A program made the position numbers and the translations under genes. DNA of 62,537 nt, counting the filler, from Chiloscyllium plagiosum (lineage: Eukaryota): the NCBI RefSeq assembly GCF_004010195.1. It is 5 parts of one record of this genome, joined end to end, with 100 filler letters (N's around TTAATTAATTAA, not from the genome) between each part and the next. Parts side by side here need not be neighbours in the genome. Positions count along the whole stretch, not along the records: positions 1 to 21,371 come from NC_057712.1; positions 21,472 to 34,484 come from NC_057712.1; 3 more parts are not named here. One strand, given 5' to 3'. The notes below the pieces were generated by a model. It saw nothing but the letters and a program-made list of their open reading frames with translations, was not told the DNA's origin and made no database searches. How positions within the stretch are numbered: the stretch's first letter is position 1; every line of letters starts with the position of its first letter. This document shows positions 12,530-24,582 of the stretch, piece by piece.

Positions 12530-13035
12530 GGTGAATAGCCTCCACATGAAAATCCCATCAAGATGCAGAGGAGTTATAGATGACCCAAAGTCCTTGATGC
12601 TATTTCCTCCAGATGAACAAAATCTATTGCCACTGGAGATTGAGGATGTCCCAGGACACAATCACACACTAGGTCATCTGCTGGATTGGGATTTGCAGTC
12701 AGAATGAGTGGCCATTTGATCCCATTGGCCAATGGTGTGACAACTGTGCTAATTTTTTATGCCGCTGACGGCTTTCAAGAATCAAATGAGAACCTGCATG
12801 GGATCTCTGAATTCTCAACATTCAAACATATCAAGGCTGTGACCACTCATACTGCTTCATCTTGTTGGCCCATTATAAAGTCAGTACTGGTGCCCAGGCA
12901 GTATCCTTTCTAAACAAAGGTGGCCTCCCCCAGGTGCATGGCACCATAGGCTGTACAGGTGTCGCAATGAGAAAGCCATGTCATAATATGACAGACTTTA
13001 TCAATAGAAAAAGATTTCATACCAACAATGTACAA
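12530..13035 (+). mobile_element. PIF/Harbinger transposase fossil, N-terminal part
   Basis: PLANGVTTVLIFYAADGFQE..HGISE..KHIKAVT and GLPQVHGTIGCTGVAMRKP..FINRKRFHTNNVQ match the HARBI1/DDE_Tnp_4 pattern (GFPxVxGAIDCTHV..FxNRKGFHSxNVQ); the first catalytic D has mutated. Confidence 0.85.
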
Positions 13036-13438
13036 GTCATAGAGTCATAGAGATGTACAGCACGGAAACAGACCCTTCAGTCCAACTCGTCCATGCCAGC
13101 CAGATATCCCAACCCAATCTAGTCCCACCTGCCAGGACCTGGCCATATCCCTCCAAACCCTTCCTATTCATATACCCATCCAGATGCCTTTTTAATGTTG
13201 CAATTGTACTAGCCTCCACTACTTCCTCTCGCAGCTCATTCCATACATGTACTACCCTCTGAGTGAAAAGGTTGCCTCTTAGGTCCCTTTCATATCTTTC
13301 CCCTCTCACCTTAAACCTATGCCCTCTAGTTCTGGAGTCCCCCACCCCAGTGAAAAGACTTTGTCTATTTATTCTATCCATGCCCCTCATGATTTTATAA
13401 ACCTCTATAGGGTCACCCCTCAGCCTCCGACATTCCAG
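13036..13438 (-). mobile_element. Young CR1 3' fragment inserted in the Harbinger transposase
   Basis: RRLRGDPIEVYKIMRG..RTRGH..FTQRVVHVWNEL; (CTCTATGA)n tail at ~13036-13052. Confidence 0.92.
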
Positions 13439-13728
13439 CATCTGTGATTATTGGTACCACATCAATACCCTTGAAGCTGCCCTGATGTCTGTATATTTGA
13501 GAACTCTCATATTCCTGCTTTGATTCAAGAGCTGAATGCCTTATAAATGTGGTTACTGGGAGACAAGTGCTACCCTCTGCAAACACGGCTGATGACTCCA
13601 TTACACATCCTCTGACTGAGGCTGAGTGTAATAACTACAGTACAACCCTTTCTTCCACCAAGGCCATTGTGTAGCCTTCTAAAGATGAAGTTCTTGGGGA
13701 AGACCTTGCAGACCAGCCCAAACCGACT
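13439..13728 (+). mobile_element. Harbinger transposase fossil, middle part
   Basis: tggttactgggagacaagtgctaccctctgcaaacacggctgatgactcca = WLLGDKCYPLQTRLMTP (GDxGYP motif), then PLTEAE and LLKMKF. Confidence 0.85.
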
Positions 13729-14157
13729 TTTTTAAAAAATTCCTTCAAAGGATGTGGGCACTGGCGGTTGGCCAGCATTCATTGCCCTTGAGAAAGTGAT
13801 AGTGAGCTGTCTTCTTGAACCGCTGCAATCAACCTGCTGTGAGTTGGCCCACAATGCTATTAGGGAGGTAATTCCAGGAGTTTGACCCAGTGACAATAAA
13901 GGAGTGGTGATTTGTCTTCAACTCAGGATGATGAGTGGCTTGGAGGGGGACTTGCAGATGGCAGTGTTCCCAAGTATCTAATTCCCTTGCCCTTCTAGAT
14001 GGAAATGATTGTGGGTTTGGAAGATGCTATCTAAGGAGCTTTGGTGAGTCTCTGCTGTGTATTTGTAGATGACTGCTCCTATTGAGCATTGGCAGTGGAG
14101 GGAGTAGATGCTTGTGGATGTGAAGCTAATCAAATTGGCTGCTTTGTTCTGGATGGT

Positions 14158-16893
14158 AAGTAGGCTGGAAGAACACAACAAACCAGGCAGCATCAGGAGG
14201 TGGAGAACTCGACATTTCGGGTGTAACCCTTCTTCAGATCTGGGAGTGGATGTAGGGGGAACTGCAGATAAAGGGGGTGGTGGGAGCAGGGTGGTGAAGT
14301 AGGTATAGGTGAAGATAGGCAGAGGGTACGACCTGGTCATTGGGAGGAATGAATGTGGTAAGTGGCTGGGAGGAGTGGAAGGGAGGCGGATGCGCTGGGA
14401 AGGGAGTTGGGGGACAGGAATGGAAGGGAGGTTATTTGAAATTGGAGAACTCAATATTGAGTCCTCTGGGCTGTAGGCTGCCCAGGTGGAAGATGAGGTC
14501 TTGTTCTCCAATTTGTGGGTGGTTCGTTGTGGCAATGGAGGAGGCAAAGGATGGTCATGTCAGAAAGGATGTGGGAAGGCGAATTAAAATGTGCAGTGAC
14601 TGGGAGGTCCAGTTGGTGCCAGTGGGCGATGCTGAGATGCTCAGCAAACCAATCCCTAAGTTTATGTTTGGTCTCCCCAATGTAGAGAAGACCACATTGG
14701 GAGCACCTGATGCGGTAAACTAGGTTGGAGAAGAGGCAGGTGACCCTCTGTCTCACCTGGAAGGACTGTTTGGGGCCCTGGATGGAAGTGAGAGAGTTGG
14801 TATACTNNNNNNNNNNNNNNNNNNNNNNNNNNNNNNNNNNNNNNNNNNNNNNNNNNNNNNNNNNNNNNNNNNNNNNNNNNNNNNNNNNNNNNNNNGATCA
14901 CAGACTGAGGTGGTAGGTGAGGACAGGTGGGTTTAGAGCAGTGGAACAGGGAATGGAGGTGGTGCAGTGGAAGACAGTGGAACAGGGAATGGAGGTGGTG
15001 CAGTGGAAGACTGCCTGGATGACAGAGGGAGCAAAAGCACAATATTCGAAATAGATGGATATTTGGGATGCTTGGGAGTGGAATGTCTGCTCATCCGAGC
15101 AGATGAGCTGGAGGAATTGGGAGAACGGGATGGAGTTTTTGCAGGATACTGGGTGGGTAGTCTAGGCAGCTATGGGAGTCTGTGGCTTTGTAGTAAATGT
15201 TCATCTGGAGACTGTTGCTGGAGATGAAAATGGAGAGGTCAAGAAAGGGGAGGGAGGTGTCCGAGATGGACCAAGTGAATTTGAGGGCGGGTTGGAGGTT
15301 ATGTGAGAAGTTGATGCACTGCTCCAGTTCAGCCTGGGTGCAGGACGCTACGCCGATGCAGTAATCAATTTAATGGCAGAAGAGTTGGGGCACAGTGCCT
15401 GTGTAGGTACCCAAGAGGGACTGTTCGACATCGCCGTCAAAGAGGCAGGTGTAGCTGGGGACCATCCGGTTGCCCATGTCCATGCCTTGGATTTGGAGGA
15501 AATGGGAGGAGTTATTGAGAGTGAGAAGGCAAGGCTGAGGTGGGCATTGATGGAGGGGGTCTGGATGGGTCTGTTAGAGAGGAAGAAGTGGAGGGCCTGG
15601 AGGCCATCCTTGTAGGGTATGGATGTGTAAAGGACTGCCCATCTATAGTGAAGATAAAGTGCTAGGGGCCGGGGAACTGGAAGTTACTGAAGAGATGGAG
15701 CTCGTGGTTGGTATCACAGATGTATGTGAGAAATGCCTGAACCAAGGGGGAGAGGATGAAGTCAAGGTAGGATGAGATTAGTTCAGTGGGGCAGGAGTAT
15801 GCTGAGATAATGGGTTGGGGTAGTTGGGCTTGTGGATCTTGGGGAGCGGGTAGAATCGGGCAGTATGGGGCTGGGGACTCTGAGTTTGGAGGCAGTGGAG
15901 GGGAGATCACTGGAGCCAATGAGTGCACGGACAGTGTGAGTGATTTTGGCCTGATGGGTTGCAGTAGGGCCTTGGGCAAGGGGGAGGTAGGATGTGGTTT
16001 CGGAGAACTGGCGTTTGGCCTCTGCAACATAGAGGTCCAATCTTCAGACTACCACCGCTCCGCCTTTGTCAGCAGGTTTAATGGTGACCCAGAGATTGGT
16101 GCGGAGAGAGTGGAGCGCTGCACATTCGGAAGTGATGAGGTTGGAATTGGTGAGGAGGGTGGAGAAATGAAGGTGGCCAATATCACGTCGGCACTCAGCA
16201 ATGAAGAAGTCTAGGGTGGATACAAGGTCAGCCGGGGGTGACCAAGTGGAGGAGGAAGCTCCTCAGATGGAGGTTGGGAGTTTTTGTCAAAGAAGAAGGT
16301 GCAGAGGCAGTGGAAGAAGAGCAACACATTGTGGCGGGTCAGGAATTTGTTGAGGTGGGGATGGAGAGGTTACCAATGTGAGCGCTTTCTGAGGACAGAC
16401 TATTTGGCCTCAGAGAGTTCAAAGTCAGGGGATGTGGTGAGGAGGGAAAGGTGGAGGGATAAGGTACATTGTGGGGGTGGATAGCTGAGGAGGGAGAGCT
16501 GGTGTGCTAGCTGGCTGAAGTTCAGCAGTAGGACCCAGGAGTTACCATGGGAAATGTCATCCCAGTCTTGGTTGGAGAGTGGGCTGAGCCAGAAGTGGAG
16601 GCAGAAGCTGAAGGAAGTTGAGTCTGGTCAGAGTGTTGTTGTCCACAGAATCCAGGGCAGCATTGCAGGAGATGTCTAGAGTGGAGACGGAATTTGCAGG
16701 TGATTACTTGGGCATCCTGGGAGTGATCACGATGACCCAGGTACCGATCCGTAACAAGAAGCTGCGTCCGACCCAGAAGTAGCTTTGGGCTGGAGAGGCT
16801 TAGTGCTGGATGAAGTCTTCATCTGGGTAATGGCAACGGCACCAGTGTGGGGCAGGGCCTGGAACCAAGGCGTGAATTTCGAATAACAAGCAA
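14158..16893 (-). mobile_element. Penelope-like retroelement (RT plus GIY-YIG endonuclease), degraded
   Basis: GIY-YIG: NLVYRIRCSQCGLLYIGETK..FAEH..PVTAHFN (14451-14756). RT: KPADKGGAVVV (~16050-16080), CPTELISSYLD..LSPLVQ. Flanked by GTTC(T/A)GGATGGT at 14146-14157 and 16894-16905. Confidence 0.9.
14939..15010. repeat. 36-bp tandem duplication inside the Penelope element
   Basis: CAGTGGAACAGGGAATGGAGGTGGTGCAGTGGAAGA x2. Confidence 0.9.
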
Positions 16894-17957
16894 GTTCAGG
16901 ATGGTGTAAAACTTTGAGTGTTGTTGAGGCTATACCCATCCAAACCAGTGAGGAGTATTCCATCACCGTCTTGACTTCGGCATTGTAGATGGCAGACAGA
17001 GTTTGGGGAGTCAGGAGGTGTGTGACTTGCCACGGGATTCCTAGCCTCTAATTTGCTTTTGTAGCCATTGCGTTTATGTAGTGAGACCAATTGATCTTCT
17101 GATCAATGGTAACCTCCAAGATGTTGATAGCGGGAGATTGAGTGGTGGTAACACCACTGAATGTTAATGGGTGGTGGTTAGATTCTCTGTTTTTGGAGAG
17201 GGTGATTGGCATTTATGTGGCATGAATGTCACTTACTAGTTGTTAGCACAACCCTGAATATTGTCCAGTTCTTGTTACATTTGAACATGACTGCTTCAGT
17301 ATCTGAGGAGTCACAAATGGTGCTGAGCATTGTGCAGTGATTGGCAAAAATCCCATATTACAATGGAGGGAAGGTCATTAATGAACAGCTGAAGATGGTT
17401 GGGACTCAGACAGTCCCCGAGGAGCTCCTGAAGAGATGCCCTGGAGCTGAGATGACTGACCTCCAACAACCACAACCAACTTCCTATGCATCGGATAGGA
17501 CTCCAACCAGAGAGTTTGCCATGATTCCCATTGGTTCTATGTTTTCTAGGGCTCCTTGATGGTACACTCAGTCAAATGCAGGCTTGATTTCAAGGACTGT
17601 CACTCTCACTTCACTTCTGGAATTCAGCTCTTTTATCCATGTTTGAACAAAGATGTAATGAGGCCAAGAGCTGAGTAGTTCTGGCGGAACCCAACCGGGG
17701 CATCACTGGGTAGGTTATTGCTGAGTAGGTGCTGTTTGATAGCACTGTTAATGCCACCTTCAATCACTTTATTGATGTTTGAAAATATAGTGATGGAGTA
17801 GTAATTTGCCAGGTTGGATTTGTCCAGCTTTTGGCATCCAGGACATTCCTGGGCAGTTTTCCACATTGTCGGGTAGATGCCAGTAGATGCCAACTGTGTA
17901 CTGGAAAAGCTTGGCTAGGGAAGCAGCAAGTTCTGGAGGACAAGCCTTCAGTACTAT

Positions 17958-19687
17958 TGTTGTGGACCAGCCCAGACCCCTCAAAATATATTAAGAAGGG
18001 ACCCTAGACTGTGACTTTTTCATACATTGAAGATAAATGTTCAAGATTCGATTGGTCAAACTGCTCGATGTTAAGCCAAAAAAATTATTCAAAAACTATA
18101 GTTAACCTACAACAAGGACTGATTCGGGGATAGTCAACATGGCTTTGTGCGTGGGAAATCATGTCTCACAAACTTGATTGAGTTTTTTGAAGAAGTAACA
18201 AAGAAAATTGATGAGGGCAGAGCAGTAGATGTGATCTATATGGACTTCAGTAAGGCGTACGACAAGGTTCCCCATGGGAGACTGATTAGGAAGGTTAGAT
18301 CTCATGGAATACAGGGAGAACTAGCCATTTGGATACAGAACTAACTCAAAGGTAGACGACAGAGGGTGGTGGTAGAGTATTGTTTTTCAGACAGGAGGCC
18401 TGTGACCAGTGGAGTGCCACAAGGATCAGTGCTGGGCCCTCTACTTTTTGTCATTTACATAAATGATTTGGATGTGAGCATAAGAGGTACAGTTAGTAAG
18501 TTTGCAGATGACACCAAAATTGGAGGTGTAGTGGACAGCGAAGAGGGCTACGTCAGATTACAGCAGGATCTGGACCAGATGGGCCAATGAGCTGAGAAGT
18601 GGCAGATGGAGTTTAATTCAGATANNNNNNNNNNNNNNNNNNNNNNNNNNNNNNNNNNNNNNNNNNNNNNNNNNNNNNNNNNNNNNNNNNNNNNNNNNNN
18701 NNNNNNNNNNNNNNNNNNNNNNNNNNNNNNNNNNNNNNNNNNNNNNNNNNNNNNNNNNNNNNNNNNNNNNNNNNNNNNNNNNNNNNNNNNNNNNNNNNNN
18801 NNNNNNNNNNNNNNNNNNNNNNNNNNNNNNNNNNNNNNNNNNNNNNNNNNNNNNNNNNNNNNNNNNNNNNNNNNNNNNNNNNNNNNNNNNNNNNNNNNNN
18901 NNNNNNNNNNNNNNNNNNNNNNNNNNNNNNNNNNNNNNNNNNNNNNNNNNNNNNNNNNNNNNNNNNNNNNNNNNNNNNNNNNNNNNNNNNNNNNNNNNNN
19001 NNNNNNNNNNNNNNNNNNNNNNNNNNNNNNNNNNNNNNNNNNNNNNNNNNNNNNNNNNNNNNNNNNNNNNNNNNNNNNNNTAGGAAGGGTTTGGAGGGAT
19101 ATGGGCTGGGTGCTGGCAGGTGGGACTAGATTGGGTTGGGATATCTGGTCGGCATGGACAGGTTGGACCGAAGGGTCTGTTTCCAAGCTGTACATCTCTA
19201 TGACTCTATCTATGACTCTAACAAAAAGGAAGAACTTAGAATAACTTAACTCTGTTGGAAAATGTAACAGAATCATAGATACAGCAACCATTACTAATTA
19301 ACTGTTTTAATCTAGTAACATCCCACAAACACACCCTTGACAAAAGGCAAATTCAAAAATCAAATTTTGTCTCAAATGAAATCCAGCAGCCGAGGAAGAT
19401 AACCCCCAGCTTTTGGCTGTAATCAAGAGAGGGAAAGATTGCTTCCACTACTTCAAGACTCCAATAGCAACTGCTGCTGAAAACTAAAAACTAAAAATTG
19501 CTGGGTCTGTGGATAGGAGCTTCACCACACCAATTCAGGCTGCTTCTATTGTTCCAGCTTTAAAAAAAACACCCAAGGCTTCACAAGTTGTTTATTTTCT
19601 CATTGACTACTTGGAACTGTTCCCCAATCTCTCTTTCTCAAAGAAACCAGGACAAAACACATCTTTTAAAGCCACACCGTCATCACA
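17958..19687. mobile_element. Putative solo LTR (about 620 bp net), interrupted by a CR1
   Basis: Non-coding insert with TGT...ACA termini that interrupts the LINE; flanks CTAT / GTAT resemble a 4-bp TSD. Confidence 0.5.
18112..19220 (+). mobile_element. Young 5'-truncated CR1 (RT to 3' end), partly N gap
   Basis: GKSCLTNL..VDVIYMDFSKAYDKVPH..GVPQGSVLGPLLF..SKFADD; tail (CTATGACT)n. Confidence 0.95.
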
Positions 19688-19830
19688 GTATTACCAGAAT
19701 GTTGTCGCAGCCCATAGCCTTTGCAGTATCCACAGCCTCCAGCCGTTCCTTGATATCATGTGGAGTAAATCAAATTGGTTAAAGACTGATATCTGGAGTT
19801 TTTGATATATGGATACTGGTGATCTTTGGA

Positions 19831-19990
19831 GGACTGTGCCACATAATCCTTGCATGCTGTGCACTGCACAACTGGAGCAGGCAAAGAGGGATGTGATAGA
19901 TTCTGAAGGGCTGGGAGAGCAGTAGCCTTCCGAGAAGAAGCATCACTTTAAGCATGATAGAGCGGTGCAGTGACAGATGTAACAAGCCAA
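19831..19990 (+). mobile_element. Harbinger transposase fossil, C-terminal part
   Basis: tgccacataatccttgcatgctgtgcactgcacaactggagcaggcaaagaggg = CHIILACCALHNWSRQRG, the conserved IIxACCxLHN motif. Confidence 0.85.
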
Positions 19991-20887
19991 GTAGGACTTA
20001 ATTGACACCCACTTTGAAAAGATCTAAATTGGGTGCAGTGATTATTCACTGACTATAAATTTGATGTTAATTGAAAGCACCAACTTATCCCTATAAGAAA
20101 CTGTAACTCATATTGTATACACAATAGCAGCAGCAGAATAGCTCCATATAGCATGGACTCCTCAGCCTCGGAGCCTGTTACTTATCTGCTCAGTTTGCCT
20201 TTACTATTTTCTTTTCCCCTTTTTCTGTTTTTAAGGTCTTTCTGTTAGTATATGTACTATAGATACGTTCAAATTCACTTATCTTCATTTTGAAGGCTTC
20301 AGCCGTGAACTTTTCCTGAGTGGCTGTTGCTTCTGGCGGTCTTTCTCGACATGTTGGTCTTGGCCTGGGGTGCGGTCTCTGATGGAGCGATTGTCCCAGT
20401 TTGTGATCTTGGCAGCTGTCCAGCTTGAATCTAGATCATCGTTGAGTGCTTCTGGCTTGGTTTTTCTGATGTCTCATCGTTTTGTTATGTCCATGGGTGG
20501 AGGCCCAGCGATCCGATGGCCTAGCATTTTTTTTTTGACTGGTGTTCTTGGTGGTGGTATTTCTTTGGAGGCTTTCAGCCCAGTGATGTGGCATCTCAGT
20601 GTTTCAGTTTTTGTCCCGTCATGTCATTCCCATTGTGGATCTGCTTTCTTCAAGACCAGGGATCTTTAAATGGACTTTGTTGAATTCTTATATTTACTTA
20701 ATTTTACTGAATATTGTAACGTTTGATTTTATCATGACTTCTGTCATTATAGGAGCCATAGTAGGGCGACTTAGAACACTTTTCATTGTATTTTTATTGT
20801 TAAAATACATATGTCAATAAATTCTAATTCTATTGTTTTTCCTTCATTTTTCCTTTTGTTATATAAAAGTTAACATTTTCAATTATT

Positions 20888-21275
20888 GAACATAGAACAT
20901 AAAAGAATACAGCGCAGTACAGGCCCTTTGGCCATCGATGTTGCGCCGATCCAAGCCCTCCTAACCTACACTAGCCCACTATTCTCCATATGCCTATCCA
21001 ATGCCCGCTTAAATGCCCATAAAGAGGGAGAGTCCACCACTGCTACTGGCAGGGCATTCCATGAACTCACGACTCGCTGAGTAAAGAACCTACCCCTAAC
21101 ATCTGTCCTATACCTACCACTCCTTAATTTAAAGCTATGCCCTCTCGTAATAGCTGACTCCATACGTAGAAAAAGGTTCTCACAGTCAACCCTATCTAAA
21201 CCCCTAATCATCTTGTACACCTCTATCAAGTCACCCCTAAACCTTCTTTTCTCCAATAAAAAAAAACCCAAGTGC
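20888..21275 (-). mobile_element. CR1 3' fragment
   Basis: LEKRRFRGDLIEVYKMIRG..FFTQRVVSSWNALP; (TTCTATG)-type tail. Confidence 0.92.
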
Positions 21276-21286
21276 CTTTCCTTTCA

Positions 21287-21371
21287 GGAGAAAGTGAGGT
21301 CTGCAGATGCTGGAGATCAAAGTTGAAACTTTATTGCTGGAACAGCACAGCAGGTCAGGCAGCATCCAGGG
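21287..21371 (-). mobile_element. Penelope-like terminus abutting a scaffold gap
   Basis: ggagaaagtgaggtctgcagatgctggagatc..caggtcaggcagcatcc, shared with 29047, 40740 and 54472. Confidence 0.8.
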
Positions 21372-21471
21372 NNNNNNNNNNNNNNNNNNNNNNNNNNNNN
21401 NNNNNNNNNNNNNNNTTAATTAATTAANNNNNNNNNNNNNNNNNNNNNNNNNNNNNNNNNNNNNNNNNNNN
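21372..21471. other. Assembly join: N44-TTAATTAATTAA-N44 (same at 34485-34584, 40982-41081, 54716-54815)
   Basis: Four identical 100-bp structures; the 12-mer has stop codons in all six frames. Confidence 0.97.
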
Positions 21472-21910
21472 CACTATGGCAGTCCCAGTCTATGTTTGGA
21501 AAGTTAAAATTCCCTACCATAACTACCCTATTATTCTTACAGGTAGCTGAGATCTCCTTATAAGTTTGTTTCTCAACTTCCCTCTGACTACTGGGGGGTC
21601 TATAATAGAATCCCAAAAAGTTGATCATCCCTTTCTTATTTCTCAGTTCCACCCAAATACCTTCCCTGGATGTATTTCTGGGAATATCCTCCCTCAGCAC
21701 AGCTGTAATGCTACCCCTTATCAAAAATGCCACTCCCCCTCCTCTCTTGCCTCCCTTTCTATCCTTCCTGTAGTATTTGTATCCTGGAACATTAAGCTGC
21801 CAGTCCAGCCCATCCCTGAGCCACGTTTCCGTAATTGCTATGATATCCCAGTCCCATGTTCCTAACCATGCCCTGAGTTCATCTGCCTTCCCTGTTAGGC
21901 CCCTTGCATA
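21472..21910 (-). mobile_element. CR1 ORF2 endonuclease fragment
   Basis: IWVELRNKKG..YYRPP..VVMVGNFNFPNIDW. Confidence 0.92.
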
Positions 21911-22567
21911 GACACAGGTAAAGTTTAAAAATGTATTTAAAAAGTGATGTAGAATGTGCAGTTAGATTAAAGTCTTTGGAGACTTTGATTAATTCGATTT
22001 ATCTTGAGGCCATGGTTGTTTAATTAATGGTTTGCGTGCTCTGCCATCAGATATTTTGTAGGTATCTTTAAGTTCTCAGTAAATTGATCCTTTTCTGACT
22101 TAATTTTTACTTGGCATTTTCCTGTCAGATATTAAAAGAAAGGAAGAACAAGCAGAGATAGAGCTTGTTATCTCTGAGCAAGTCATCCAATGAATCCATC
22201 ATTTTTCTCTGTTCTTCCTATTGCCTAAAAAATGGTTCATTTGTATATATCTATGTCTAGCCTCACTGTTTGCAGTGCCCCCCCCCCCAATATTCTGCAG
22301 GCACCTCCCATCTCAATCTGTCAAGCTTCCAAAAATGTAGAAATCAAATAGGAGATACAATCAGAATGACTAGTGTCAGCCATTGTGATGACATACTAAT
22401 TTCGGTTGTGATTGTGTCTTTTTTATTGATGGTTTCATGAACTCACTCAAATTGTGGTTAGATGATTACTGAGACCATTTAGATCAGTGTCCTTATCTAA
22501 AAAAAACTATTTTATTCAATGAGAGGTCCAAGATGATAAAGGTTGAACATCGACAATCTTTTTTTTT

Positions 22568-22785
22568 ACCATTTGCCAGCACTTGGCCATATCCCTTGAA
22601 ATCATTCCTATTCGTGTACCCACTTAGATGCCTTTTGAATGTTGTAATTGTACCAGCCTCCACCACTTTCTCTGGTAGTTCATTCCATACACATACCACC
22701 ATCTTTAGGATATCTGGTTGGTGTGGATGAGTTGGACCGAAGGGTCTCTTTCCATGCTGTTCATCTCTGTGACTCCATCATCATA
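22568..22785 (+). mobile_element. Short CR1 3' insertion with an inverted 5' segment
   Basis: 22568-22700 is reverse-oriented (VVCVWNELPEKVVEAG..GYGQVLA) while ~22705-22785 is the forward tail (ggatatctggttgg..gttggaccgaagggtc..ctgtgactcc). The two pieces are colinear in the copy at 35100-35325. Confidence 0.75.
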
Positions 22786-22918
22786 ACAATGCACTTGTAC
22801 TGCTCTCATTAGAAACTATCAAATTCTCAGGTTAAGATCATTAAATTGTAGTTAGACAGCATTCTCAAATCATTAAGGTAAGGTACATTGGTGCTGTTTA
22901 GCTGTTGTTGACCTGCAG

Positions 22919-22978
22919 GTACTACATTTGGAGGAAGGAGACCCCATGGTATAGTACAAGCTGCACCTCACGTCAAAT
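22919..22978 (+). CDS. Candidate 60-nt penultimate/cassette exon of the host gene
   Basis: Acceptor tgttgttgacctgcag, donor AAT|gtaaga. Phase 0 reads VLHLEEGDPMV* (stop 24 nt before the donor); the other two frames are open. TGCATG at 23099-23104. Confidence 0.5.
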
Positions 22979-24567
22979 GTAAGACAAAAAAACTCTATGT
23001 GTATATATAAGCACAAAGAGTGCCCATATGGGACTGCGACTGTTTCAGACATCAACTTTGATCTTAGGCAAGGTGCAGACTGTGGAAACAAACTAAATTG
23101 CATGTTTTAATGAATGCTGATGAGATTATACACACAGGTAGAATCACAATCAAATCAATCATGTTCTCAATTTAGGTAGTTCCTAATTAGAAATATCACC
23201 CTCAGAGATTTGGGTATTATTTTTAAACCTTAACATAACACACCTACTTTTGGTCACTATATGAAGTGGCTCTGTCGTACAATTGAATATTACTTTGTCT
23301 GAAATCTGATTTAAACCAGATTTTTCCTGAGCTGTAGGCTGACTATTTTGCATAACATGATTGGGAAAGGAGCTCTCTAGTCTCTGATTCAGGGTGACTT
23401 CATCTTGTTTTCTCAGTACTTTTCCACTATGTATCCATGGTAACGCTCCTCATTTAACTATCCTAAAATTACACACTTGGAGCATATCGACACAACCCAG
23501 TTCTGAAGAAAGACAGTTCATCTTTCAGGTGCCAGCTTTCTTATCTTTCTCAGGTTGCTTATGCTTATGCTCTACTCCCTCTCTGTAACTCTAATTTAAC
23601 CTATAACACTCTTTTATTCAGATAAGGCTATTAACAAGTTGTATTACATGCTACTGCACTCCCCACTAACCTCTCATTGTATGGGAGTGCAGACAGGAAC
23701 GTCAGCTCCCCTTACATTCATTTTGCTTTTGAGGCACAATCAAGAATTCACAATAGCAGTTTCTATAGAATGGCATGAACAATCGAGATATTGCCTTACA
23801 ATGCAGTTATACTTCACCTGGTGTGAAGTCCAGATGTTGTAATTCTACCAACTAAAGCTGATATCACACTTTGCATCTTCAGAACGCTGGGAAGTTGGTC
23901 AGAATGAGACACACAAGTTATATTGCTGCTTTTATTTAATTAGGCATAAGAAACTGCTCCAATTTCATGTGAAAGGCATAGCCTGATAGCTATAATATTA
24001 CATGCTTGGTTGTAGTTTTAACATTTGGTTTATCCATGTATTGAAATTATAGAACATTTCTATGCAGGTCCTGCAACAGTATAGCATCCCTAAATCTGGG
24101 CCAAGAATACTGATTTAAGTCCGATACAGAGCTTATTGGCAATGGAAGAAGTATTCTGAATTTGGTCAGACATGTTTTGCATCAATCTGTACACCCTTTC
24201 AATCTGCGTGATATGGGATGCTATGACTGGGGGCAGCCATTGTGTAGCTAGGAATGGCAAATCACTGCAGTATTTTCCTCATATGGGCTAATCCAAAATA
24301 AGTCTATTGCCCAAGCTTTGCAAATGATAACTGAAGAAAAGACAGAACATTTCCAAGCACATTTCTTTAACACAAAGCCTTTCTGTTTTCTGTTTTCAAT
24401 ACAAATTTATTCTTAAACATTGAGCAAAACAAAATTCATATTCCTTTTTCAAACTGTAAAAATTTAATACCATAACAAATAACTGAATTGTTGTTGATGT
24501 GAAATAATCTAAAGTGCACATGATGCATTATGATTTTTTCAATTACTTTGATTTATTCTTTTCTCAG

Positions 24568-24582
24568 GAGACTGAGCTATGA
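24568..24582 (+). CDS. Candidate terminal coding exon, ETEL* in phase 0
   Basis: Strong acceptor tttgatttattcttttctcag|GAGACTGAGCTATGA followed by repeat-free AT-rich UTR-like sequence. Confidence 0.5.
   Translation, partial: ETEL

Larger units (their letters stand above)
13729..19830 (-). mobile_element. CR1/L2-group LINE of a second family, split by a Penelope element and a putative solo LTR
   Basis: 3' tail at ~13729-13830; RT remnants IQNKAANLI (~14150), MEYSSLVWM (~16960), KSNLANY..SAIKQHLLSNNL..GFRQ (17633-17893), LKACPPELAASLAKLFQ; resumes at 19688. Confidence 0.8.

Noticed and set aside
12530..13728. Domesticated HARBI1 gene
   Set aside because: Frameshifts, a mutated catalytic Asp and multiple TE insertions show it is a transposon fossil.
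15373..16484. Gly/Glu-rich + strand ORFs
   Set aside because: Antisense frames of the Penelope RT.
20150..20835. Unclassified repeat-like segment ending in AATAAA and a short tandem tail (similar end at ~59640-59880)
   Set aside because: Probably the 3' end of another retroposon family, but I could not assign or delimit it.
21416..21427. TTAATTAATTAA as a regulatory palindrome or recombination site
   Set aside because: Centred in identical 100-bp N blocks four times; it is an assembly spacer.
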